Source of the DNA: an uncultured Candidatus Saccharibacteria bacterium
GTDB taxonomy: Bacteria; Patescibacteriota; Doudnabacteria; UBA920
NCBI GenBank assembly: GCA_964477745.1
Contig: CAYZEI010000003.1
Span: 6,168-70,167, forward strand
Reading direction: 5' to 3'
DNA: 64,000 bases
The notes under the pieces are model-generated. The model was not told the DNA's origin and did not search any database. It was given only the letters and a program-made list of their open reading frames with translations. Positions 26,866 to 35,900 of the stretch are shown piece by piece; position 1 is the first letter of the stretch; each line of letters starts with the position of its first letter. Position numbers and translations under genes: made by a program.

Positions 26866-28749
26866 TTATTTTGCCAGGGTATCGCCTTTGGCGTAGGCAT
26901 CAACTTCGGATTGAGGCAGGGTGATAATTTTCTTTGCGGTAATTTTACGGTTTTTGAAAGCTTGATAGGTTAACGGTCTTAACTGGCCGTTTGCCACCAA
27001 GAATACCGTTTGGTCGGTGTCGCCTTTAACTACGGTGTTATTAGCCGGTGGGACAGGAATTCCTTCAACCCACTGAGTCACCACATCCGTACCAAACACA
27101 TAATCCGGGGTTATCCCGCGCTGCTTGGAGACAAAGGTAGAAATACTATGCTTGGTGCCTTCTTTAAACATATATAGCTGACCGGCTTTTGAGCCGACAG
27201 AGAAGAAGGTGCGGTCTTTAGGCGTCGCATAGGAACCAAGCGGGAGAGAACTGACTTCATCCGGAGAAATAGCTGTTACATTCTTAAAACTAAAACCACG
27301 AATCTTAAAGATTTCACCTAAGACCGGTTGTTTTAATGAATTCTGGACTAAATAAACTGTGTTGTTATTTGTAGCCTTAACTAAACTGCCGTCCAGTGGC
27401 GGGACAAAACCATTTTTGGAATAAGAAGATATTTCCGCATCCGGAACTGTGTAAATATCTTTGGCTTTAATTTTATTCTGACCAAAAGTGTAAGCACTAT
27501 ACATTTTTATTTGTCCGTTGGTCACCAAATACACGCTCTTGTCCGAAACCCCACGAATAACTGTGCCGTCTTTTGGAGGCAGGACCGTGCCGGCGTCAAA
27601 AATTACCGCTTCTGATGGAGTAATGCTTAAGGTTTTACTGACATCCAATCCTCTTTGCTTAATAACCAAGTCCGAAGCTTGATGGCGAACATTATTGATA
27701 AACACATATTTCACACCTGCTGTATCTTGAACGATTGTGTTGTCTACCGGACCCAAGGGCTTATCTGTGGTATAACTTTCAAACTCATTCGGCGAGACTG
27801 TAATAGTCGCGTTGAAATCTAGAGCACGCGCTTGAGCAACGAATTGAGGAACCAACTGTTTAACCCCATTTTGAATAATGTAAGTGTCGGTGGCGGAAGT
27901 TAACTTAAGTAAAGTGCCGTTTGGATATTTAAACCAACCATTAAAAAATTTCCAAAAATTATAGTTGCCGTTAAATACGTGCGGAGTATATCGATACAAG
28001 GCCGCGGTCGCATTGTTGCCCAGTGTAATAGTCTGCTCGGGCAAAATATTTTCATATCCGCCCATGGTATTGTCCAAGGTAATTGCTTGACCGACTCTGG
28101 AAGTAACACCATCAATAGCCGGCCCGCGTCCTCCATTGGTTGTAAAAGATTTCATTAAAGATTTAGTCGCTCCTAAATAGCGGTTATTGGTGGAATCATA
28201 GTTACCAAATAGTTGATAATAAAATCCCGGGAACAAATTTCCACACCCGGCCGCGTCCGGGCAGTCAAAACCCATGGCTCTGTCTAAAGCTTTTTGTAAT
28301 TTGGCCGAGTCATAATCGTTTGCGGAAGTAATTAACCCTTGCTCTTTGTTTAAGGTCACCAAAATAACCTGTGGATTTAAACCGCTCTGAATACTGGCAT
28401 CCCAAATTAGTTCTGCAGCAGTGCGCAAGCGACCCAAATTCGGCCGAGGATCTTCCAAGCCTTGTTTTAATTCTGTTGACTGAGGTTCTTTAAGCTTAGC
28501 CAAGAATTCCGCGGAGGTGTTGGCTAAAACGGAATTTTTTACCGTTAAAAACTTTTGGATTCCTTCCGCTCCGCCAAAAGTTTGAGTATCGGAAAAAACC
28601 TTATCCTCAATTAATTTATTTGGATTAAAATTTATATCCGGTGTTTGCGCCAAAGTGACGACCGGGAAGACCACCAGAATCAACGCACTAATAATTTGTA
28701 TAATTTTTAGTTTTTTCATTGTTCCCTTCCTACTACTTAATGCTAACAA
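26866..28749 (-). CDS. secreted protein: N-terminal glucosaminidase-like region (tentative) plus four to five copies of a ~55-60-aa C-terminal repeat
   Basis: Signal peptide (MKKLKIIQIISALILVVFPVVTLA). AAELIWDASIQSGLNPQVILVTLNKEQGL loosely resembles peptidoglycan glucosaminidase domains. The C-terminal repeats are of the form P.DGT.VKG..D.TVYLV.NGQ.K.......F...g.....v..v...E....P.G. Confidence 0.55.
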   Translation of the reverse strand: MLALSSRKGTMKKLKIIQIISALILVVFPVVTLAQTPDINFNPNKLIEDKVFSDTQTFGGAEGIQKFLTVKNSVLANTSAEFLAKLKEPQSTELKQGLEDPRPNLGRLRTAAELIWDASIQSGLNPQVILVTLNKEQGLITSANDYDSAKLQKALDRAMGFDCPDAAGCGNLFPGFYYQLFGNYDSTNNRYLGATKSLMKSFTTNGGRGPAIDGVTSRVGQAITLDNTMGGYENILPEQTITLGNNATAALYRYTPHVFNGNYNFWKFFNGWFKYPNGTLLKLTSATDTYIIQNGVKQLVPQFVAQARALDFNATITVSPNEFESYTTDKPLGPVDNTIVQDTAGVKYVFINNVRHQASDLVIKQRGLDVSKTLSITPSEAVIFDAGTVLPPKDGTVIRGVSDKSVYLVTNGQIKMYSAYTFGQNKIKAKDIYTVPDAEISSYSKNGFVPPLDGSLVKATNNNTVYLVQNSLKQPVLGEIFKIRGFSFKNVTAISPDEVSSLPLGSYATPKDRTFFSVGSKAGQLYMFKEGTKHSISTFVSKQRGITPDYVFGTDVVTQWVEGIPVPPANNTVVKGDTDQTVFLVANGQLRPLTYQAFKNRKITAKKIITLPQSEVDAYAKGDTLAK

Positions 28750-28775
28750 CTATATGCTAAATGCTATATGCTCAT

Positions 28776-30635
28776 TTAACGTACATAAGCTTCACCTTTA
28801 GAAAATCCATTTAAGTCCGCTTTGGAAATAATCAGTACCGGAAACAAATTTAATCCGCGTTCAATATAAAATTTATAATTTATGGGGTGTAAAGTTTGTC
28901 CCACCACCCAATACACGGTTTTATCTTGTGCCGATTTTACCAGCGTTCCTTCAACCGGTGGGTAAAAACTGCCGGTTTGCCAGGAACTTACTTCCGAATA
29001 GCTTAAAGTATTTATATTTGCAAAGCTCAGTTTGCGTTGCATAAACACCCCATAAGTTATGGGAAGCTTTTGACCGCTATCCATAATATATACAGTGGGT
29101 TCTTTGTCTAACTTAATTAATGTCCCGTCCACGGGCGTAATATAACTACCACTCGGCAAACCGGAAAGATTATTGGAGGTTAAAATTATAACCGACTTGC
29201 CGGAAAATTTTTGGTTAAATACAAACGGCGATACCAAACGCTTTTGTCCGCCTAAAATTTGATAGGTTGCTCCGGTGCTTTGATCTCGAACCAAATCCCC
29301 TTCGCTAAAATTTTGAGCGATTGCCGTTTCCAAACTTTTTGGCACGTTTATCCGACCGGCGCCTAAAAGACCCCGGCAAGACAATCCGGCGCACTGCGAA
29401 AGGTTTAAATTATCAACCTGATCCGCTGTGGAAATAATTCGATCACGAATTTGGACATTAGTGGCAAACGGATACAAAGATTTAATTAGCGCTGCTTGTC
29501 CGACCACAAACGGTACACCCAAAGATGTTCCCGATGCATAAGCATAAGAATTCGGCGCAGACTTCTTGCTTAAAGGATCATAGTTTATGGTAGACAGAAT
29601 TCTTTTTCCCGGCGCGACCACGTCGATACAGTTTCGTCCATAATTGGAAAAGTCGGGCTTAATTCCATCCTTGTCCACTGCCGCCACCCCAATTACCATA
29701 TTAAAATTATTGTCATCACAAATTGGAAAAGAAGGATTAAGGTCTAAACTATTTCCACTTGCGGACGAGTCGTTTCCGGCTGCTGCCACAAGTAGCACGT
29801 TGCGGTTAAACGCATAAGAAACTGCATTGGCTAAAGCGGTGTCGTGACCAAAACCAATTCCTCCAATGCTCAAATTTACAAACTGAGCACCGTGATCTGT
29901 TGCCCAAACTATAGATTCGGCAACCGCAGCCACATCACCTTTACCGCTTGCGTCCAAAGCTTTAAGTGGCATTAAAGATATTTGCCAATTTGTTCCGGCA
30001 ATACCAATTCCATTGTTTGACGTTGCTCCCAAAACCCCGGACACCAATGTTCCGTGGCCGTTGTCATCGGAGTTACTCCCGGGGACTATGGATTGATTGG
30101 AGACAAAGTCAAATCCGGGAACATAGGAAATATTTTTTAAATCTTCGTGAGTTTGATCTATACCGGTATCAATTACAGCCACGGTATTGGTTTTTAAACC
30201 CACGGTTTTATTCCAGGCCACATCAAAACCGGAAGCAACTAAACCCCATTGCTTATCGATATCTTGGCCGTTTACACTAAAGCCGGGATCATTTACCGTA
30301 ACATTTGCTGTCTCAAGCAATCTATTTATTTGAACATATTGAAAATGACCGCTTAAAATTATTTTTAAATCCGGCAAGGAATACTGAGAATGAAATGTGT
30401 AAATATTTTTAAATTCCGCAACTGAAGTGCCAATAAACCGATGTTTTAAATTTGTGGCGACCGACAACAGCTCGGCAAAATCCGCCGGAGAATTTAATTT
30501 CGCTATGTATGACTGATTTCCATGAGGGGCTTCGGCCAAAACTACATTAACGGGATAAACCGCAACCAAAAAGACCGGCAAAATCAACCAGGCCATTGCT
30601 TGGACAAATGCGGATTTAATTCTTTGTTTGTACAT
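28776..30635 (-). CDS. subtilisin-like serine protease (peptidase S8) with two C-terminal copies of the same repeat module
   Basis: Catalytic triad context DTGID (Asp), HGTLVSGV (His) and GTSLGVPFVVG (Ser). C-terminal repeats: GTLIKLDKEPTVYIMDSGQKLPITYGVF and GTLVKSAQDKTVYWVVGQTLHPINYKFY. Confidence 0.88.
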   Translation of the reverse strand: MYKQRIKSAFVQAMAWLILPVFLVAVYPVNVVLAEAPHGNQSYIAKLNSPADFAELLSVATNLKHRFIGTSVAEFKNIYTFHSQYSLPDLKIILSGHFQYVQINRLLETANVTVNDPGFSVNGQDIDKQWGLVASGFDVAWNKTVGLKTNTVAVIDTGIDQTHEDLKNISYVPGFDFVSNQSIVPGSNSDDNGHGTLVSGVLGATSNNGIGIAGTNWQISLMPLKALDASGKGDVAAVAESIVWATDHGAQFVNLSIGGIGFGHDTALANAVSYAFNRNVLLVAAAGNDSSASGNSLDLNPSFPICDDNNFNMVIGVAAVDKDGIKPDFSNYGRNCIDVVAPGKRILSTINYDPLSKKSAPNSYAYASGTSLGVPFVVGQAALIKSLYPFATNVQIRDRIISTADQVDNLNLSQCAGLSCRGLLGAGRINVPKSLETAIAQNFSEGDLVRDQSTGATYQILGGQKRLVSPFVFNQKFSGKSVIILTSNNLSGLPSGSYITPVDGTLIKLDKEPTVYIMDSGQKLPITYGVFMQRKLSFANINTLSYSEVSSWQTGSFYPPVEGTLVKSAQDKTVYWVVGQTLHPINYKFYIERGLNLFPVLIISKADLNGFSKGEAYVR

Positions 30636-30636
30636 A

Positions 30637-31413
30637 CTATTTATACTTCCCGGTCCACAAATTTATTCTGATTTCAATAATTTCTAACAGCATATTTATC
30701 ATACCGCTCAATTTAACATGACTAGCTTCATCATTGACCCAGGTAATCGGGACTTCTTTAATTTTATATTTACTTCTTCTGGCTAGGGCAAGAATTTCCA
30801 CATCGAAAGCCCAGCGAAAAATTGTTTGTTGAGGAAAAATTGAATTGGCCGATTTGGCTGTAAAGGCTTTAAACCCGCATTGCGTATCGGTCACTCCCAC
30901 TGGCACGATAATATGAACAATTGTGCGGAAAACCCAACCTAAAAATTCCCGCAATTGGTTTTGATCTTTTGCCACATTTGACCCGGCAATTCTTCGGGAC
31001 CCCAAAACTAAATCATATCCTTGTTCAAAAAACGGTAAAAAGTTGGCAATCTCGTCTATTTTTGTGGAATTATCGGCATCCATAAACACTCTAATCTCGC
31101 CAACTGCTTCCAACATACCTTGCTTGGTTACCCAGCCTTTACCGTGATTTTCTTTATTATTTACAAGCCGTAAATTGGGGATTTGAGACTCCAATTTTTG
31201 TACCACACCGGCGGTATTGTCTTTTGAACCGTCATTGATTACCAAAATTTCGTAACTAAAGGCCTGTTTTTTTAAAAACTCGCTTACCGACTCCAATGTT
31301 TTGGTGATTCGATGGTCTTCATTATAGGACGGGATGATAACCGACAGTTTATTTCCGCTTTTGGCGGGCATGCTATTAATCATTGGGGGTTGCAATTTAT
31401 TTATTTTATTCAT
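30637..31413 (-). CDS. glycosyltransferase family 2, polyprenol-phosphate sugar synthase-like (Dpm1/ArnC-like)
   Basis: LSVIIPSYNEDHRITKTLESVSEFL...YEILVINDGSKDNT...DADNSTKIDE (DxD). Confidence 0.8.
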   Translation of the reverse strand: MNKINKLQPPMINSMPAKSGNKLSVIIPSYNEDHRITKTLESVSEFLKKQAFSYEILVINDGSKDNTAGVVQKLESQIPNLRLVNNKENHGKGWVTKQGMLEAVGEIRVFMDADNSTKIDEIANFLPFFEQGYDLVLGSRRIAGSNVAKDQNQLREFLGWVFRTIVHIIVPVGVTDTQCGFKAFTAKSANSIFPQQTIFRWAFDVEILALARRSKYKIKEVPITWVNDEASHVKLSGMINMLLEIIEIRINLWTGKYK

Positions 31414-31527
31414 TATATCACAAAGATTAGTTTTTACCCCATATTAATATAGACGGTTAATGTCGATCTTTGTTTCAAAAAAACGCCTCCGTGGATACGG
31501 AAGCGTTTAATCTTATTAAATTGGAAG

Positions 31528-32721
31528 CTAAATATTTTTCAACACTTCCCAACTGGAAGTTATAATGCTTTGTAAATCGCTAAACCGTGGGCGATATCCC
31601 AGTTTATTTACTAATTTGGTATTATCGGCAATGGTAACAGCCGAATCCCCTGAGCGCCTTGGTGAAATATCCATCGGGATAATTTTATTTAAAATTTCCG
31701 AGGCTCCGTTTACAATTTGCGCGACACTTAAACCCACGCCGGTGCCGATATTATAGACTTCGTACTTGGTGCTGTCATTCATTTGTTTTAATGCCTCGAT
31801 GTGTGGCAAGGCAATATCCAATACGTGCACATAATCTCGCACTCCGGTACCGTCAAAAGTCGGATAGTTATTACCGAAGACCGTCAAGCTGGGCTTTTCT
31901 CCTTTGGCCACCATCATAACGTTATAAATCAAATGAGATTGATGTGTTGGTAAAATTTTTGCCTCTACATCAAAACCACAAGCGTTAAAATAACGGAAAA
32001 CCACGGCGGAAAAACCCAAAAATTCGCAATAATACTTTATAGTTCTTTCGGCAAGGAGTTTGCTGTAGCCGTATGGATTATTTGGATGTAAGGGGGAAGA
32101 TTCACTAATCGGTACTTCTGCTGCTTCTCCATAAATTGCCGCCGTAGAAGAAAAAATTATTTTTTTCACCCCGGCTTCATTCATGGCACTTAGTAAGTTG
32201 GCTGTATTTGAAACATTATTACGAAAATATTTCTCCGGCTCACGGACAGACTCTTCCACTTCCAAACTGGCTGCCATATGGAATACCGCTTCAAACTTTT
32301 CCGAGGCAAATAAATCGCGGAGTAAATTTTGATCGGCCAAATCCCCTTCCACAAACATTGCTGCCGGATCCAGGTTCTCCCGACGACCGGAAGATAAATT
32401 ATCCAAAACCAGAACTTTATAACCTTGTTTAATCAGCTCTCTAACCAAATGCCCGCCGATATAACCGGCCCCGCCGGTCACCAAAACTTTTTTGGCAACT
32501 TTCGGTTGCGGAATCTCGGTTTGAGTTTGATTTAATTCTTGCACACCTTGATTCTCAATTTTCCCCTCTGACAGGACTTTTGATTCTTGATTTTGCAATA
32601 ACGTATTATATTTTTCTACGGTTAAAACCACTACCGCGGGACGGTCTTCGTAATTCAAAATCAACCCGCCACCGCGATTTTGTGTTTCTTCTATTAATTC
32701 CTGAAGGTAAAAATTGTTCAT
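31528..32721 (-). CDS. galE: UDP-glucose 4-epimerase with ~75-aa N-terminal extension resembling a Phd/YefM-type domain
   Basis: From residue ~79: KVLVTGGAGYIGGHLVRELIKQGYKVLVLDNLSSG (Rossmann GxxGxxG), YGYSK (YxxxK), then a GalE-like C-terminus. N-terminal GGGLILNYEDRPAVVVLTVEKYNTL resembles YefM/Phd antitoxins. Confidence 0.85.
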   Translation of the reverse strand: MNNFYLQELIEETQNRGGGLILNYEDRPAVVVLTVEKYNTLLQNQESKVLSEGKIENQGVQELNQTQTEIPQPKVAKKVLVTGGAGYIGGHLVRELIKQGYKVLVLDNLSSGRRENLDPAAMFVEGDLADQNLLRDLFASEKFEAVFHMAASLEVEESVREPEKYFRNNVSNTANLLSAMNEAGVKKIIFSSTAAIYGEAAEVPISESSPLHPNNPYGYSKLLAERTIKYYCEFLGFSAVVFRYFNACGFDVEAKILPTHQSHLIYNVMMVAKGEKPSLTVFGNNYPTFDGTGVRDYVHVLDIALPHIEALKQMNDSTKYEVYNIGTGVGLSVAQIVNGASEILNKIIPMDISPRRSGDSAVTIADNTKLVNKLGYRPRFSDLQSIITSSWEVLKNI

Positions 32722-32938
32722 GTTGAAAGTAATTTTAGGGCTTTACCGAGCCAAGAATGCACGATGGTTCCCATTGTGCATAATTTAATAAAAAACAGCC
32801 CTGCTCCTTACAAGCCGCTGTTTTTATTTTTGTTTGATAATAGTATATTAGCACTTAAAATAAATAATGCAAGTCGTGCCACTGGAACAAAAAAGGAGCC
32901 TCGCCTTCAATTGGCAAGGCTCCTTTTAATATCATCCA

Positions 32939-35900
32939 TTAGCTGAAAATAAGCTTTAAGATTTGTTTTCTGCGTCTAATTAAAGCTGTGGCAGCGGTTA
33001 ATAGTCCGGAAAAGGCAAAGGCGCCTGTTTCCGCACCGGTCTTCGGAGCAACAAAAGCTCCTAATACTCTCGGGGAATTAATTCTGACAGAAACACTGTT
33101 TCCGTAGGTGTTTGTCATTACGTATGACAAATTGTCGGCTAAAGAGAATTTAACTCTGACTTTAAAGCTTCTGGAAACTGCACCGTAAGCCGGAACAGTT
33201 AGGCCCGGGAAAGAGATAACATTTCCGCTAACCGAACCACCACCGTTATCAGCCATATCAGCGTAAGGCAAAACCTGAGATAAGTCATCGGTAATAATAA
33301 AATTATTTGCCGGGGTGTTACCATTGTTGGTAGCGGTTAAAGTATAGACAATATAGTCTTCTTTGGAAGCCACAACCACGGTTGCATCTTGATTCTTAGT
33401 CTCATTAGTTGCTTTTTTGCTGTAAGTCAAACTTACGTTACCGCCCTGTACGGAGCCGGTGTTAACAAATACCCAAGCGTCATCTTGGACGGAAGAGGCG
33501 CTGTCACCGGAGGCGACCGCAATATTCTGAATGCTGGAATTATTGCTATTGTTGACTCTGGCCTGGAAACTTACTCTCTTTTGTGCACCGGAAGACAGGT
33601 TGCCCAAATACATTCCACTGTACAAATTACTGTCGGAGACATAAGATCCGTCTACTCTAACTGTGCCGGAAACAATGCTTAAACCGTTGGTTAAGTTGTC
33701 GGTCAAACGGACATTGTTAATATTTTGGTTACCGGTATTGGTCACAACAATTTCAAATTCCACGGTATCGTTATTATTTACAGTCACGCTATTTTGGAAA
33801 GCACCGCTGTTGGCTAATCGAACCGACTTGGAAACTCCAAGCTGACTATATTGATTTGCCGGGACAGTATTACCGGTACTATTTATATAGACATAGCTAT
33901 AATTATTGGTTGTGGTATTGGTTGTGTTAGTGGTATTAGTTGTATTGGTTGTGGTGTTACAAGAGTAGTTAACGCAGTAGTTATAAGACCCACCGTTGTT
34001 GTTAGAACCGGTAGATACTGCTACGGTGGCGGAAGCATTCTGGCTGGTGGCGTTATCAGAAGAGACGGTACCAATGTTTACAATGGTTCCGCTGTCTACT
34101 TTAACTACACCTTGATAAGTAATTGTCACTGTCGCGCCAACACTTAAATCACCTAAGGAAACACCTTGCGGGATTCCGCCGGAAAAAGTTCCGGAAACAC
34201 TTAAGTTGGTTAAAGGTTGAACCTGAGTCGGGTTGCTGTCGTTGAAAAAGACATTTTTCGCAGTAGCTTGACCGACGTTCTTTATTACAACCTGATACTT
34301 TACGGCATCGTCTTTTTTCGCGGACACTGAAGAATTGTAATCGGTATTTTGAGTAACATTCTTAACTTGTTTGGTGATGCTTAAAGCCGGCTGGCCAGGA
34401 TTGACGTAAGAAACATTTACAATTGCCTGGTCGTTAGCGGACATTTCGGCATTCTGCGCGTTTGCTTGTGCGGTGTTAATTATGCTTCCCATAGTAACGG
34501 TCACTTTAGCCTGATAAGTAATTACAACCGGGCTTTGAGTAACCGAAGGAAAAGTTAAACCACCGGAAGTTAAACCACTTGCGTGAGATTGACCGTTAAC
34601 TTTTAATGAACCTTCAACATAAGAAAGTCCGGAAGCAAAAGTATCGGTGACCACAACATTGGTTAAATTAACCGAGCTACCAGCCCAAACTTTAATTCGA
34701 TATTCAACAATATCATTTTGTTTGGCTGAAGCGGAATGAGTAAAAGATCCATCACCGTTTCTGACTTCTTTAGTCAAATTCACTATGCCTTTTTCGGTGA
34801 CCGGTTGATTTATGGAAGTACTGCAATTTGCAGTTTGACCGTCGTTGCTTAAGACAATTACGTTCTTATTTCCGCTTGTGGTATAAGTTGTCACAAAGAC
34901 ATTCCCGGCATAAGACTGTCCGTTACCGGTCCAAGTATAAGGAGAAGATCCGCCAGTGGCTCTAAAAGTGGCCGGTTGACCAACATTATAAGAAGAGCTG
35001 TCAGCAGAACAGACTAACTGAGAAGGATTTGATTGAATAACAACCTGAGTGGAAGTTAAGAATTTTCCACAATCCTGGTTAGTGTCATAAATTTTGAAAG
35101 TATAAGTATTACCGGCCTGCAAATTAGCAGAAGTGGTAAAGGTACCGTTATTGGCGCCTGTGGTTAAGGTTGATTCGCTACCATTGGAATTAACTTGAGT
35201 TAATTTAATACCATGAGATCCATCGGAACCCCAAGTCAATTTAACTGTGTAATTTGTGCCTTGCTTTACCGGGGTGGCAGCATTCAAGAAATAATTGGTG
35301 TTTGCCACACAAATAGGAGGTTGGTCACAACCAGCAGTGGTTACATCAACGGAAGCCAATTTGGTTTTTCCATTTGAGGTATTGTATAAGGTAAAGCGAT
35401 AAGTTCTGTTTGACTGCATCCAAGCAGTGTCGGATGTGGTGTCATTTAAATTGTAACCAACAACGTTGGTAACATTTTCAGCCATATCGGTGACTTCTAC
35501 AACCGCAGAAGTAACGTTTTGAGTAGTCCAAGAAACAGTGGATCTAAAGAAACACATTCCGCTAATTTTTACGGCCGGAGTGGCTGTAATAGTTCCGGAA
35601 GGAGTCTTTACCGGAGGAGCGTCACAACCAGCGGTTGTAACATCAACAGAAGCTAACTTGTTTTTACCGCTTGAAGTATTGTACAAGGTAAAGCGATAAG
35701 TTCTGTTGGACTGCATCCAAGCAGTGTCGGATGTGGTGTCATTTAAATTGTAACCAACAACGTTGGTAACATTTTCAGCCATATCGGTGACTTCTACAAC
35801 CGCAGAAGTAACGTTTTGAGTAGTCCAAGAAACAGTGGATCTAAAGAAACACATTCCGCTAATTTTTACGGCCGGAGTGGCAGTAATAGTTCCGGAAGGA

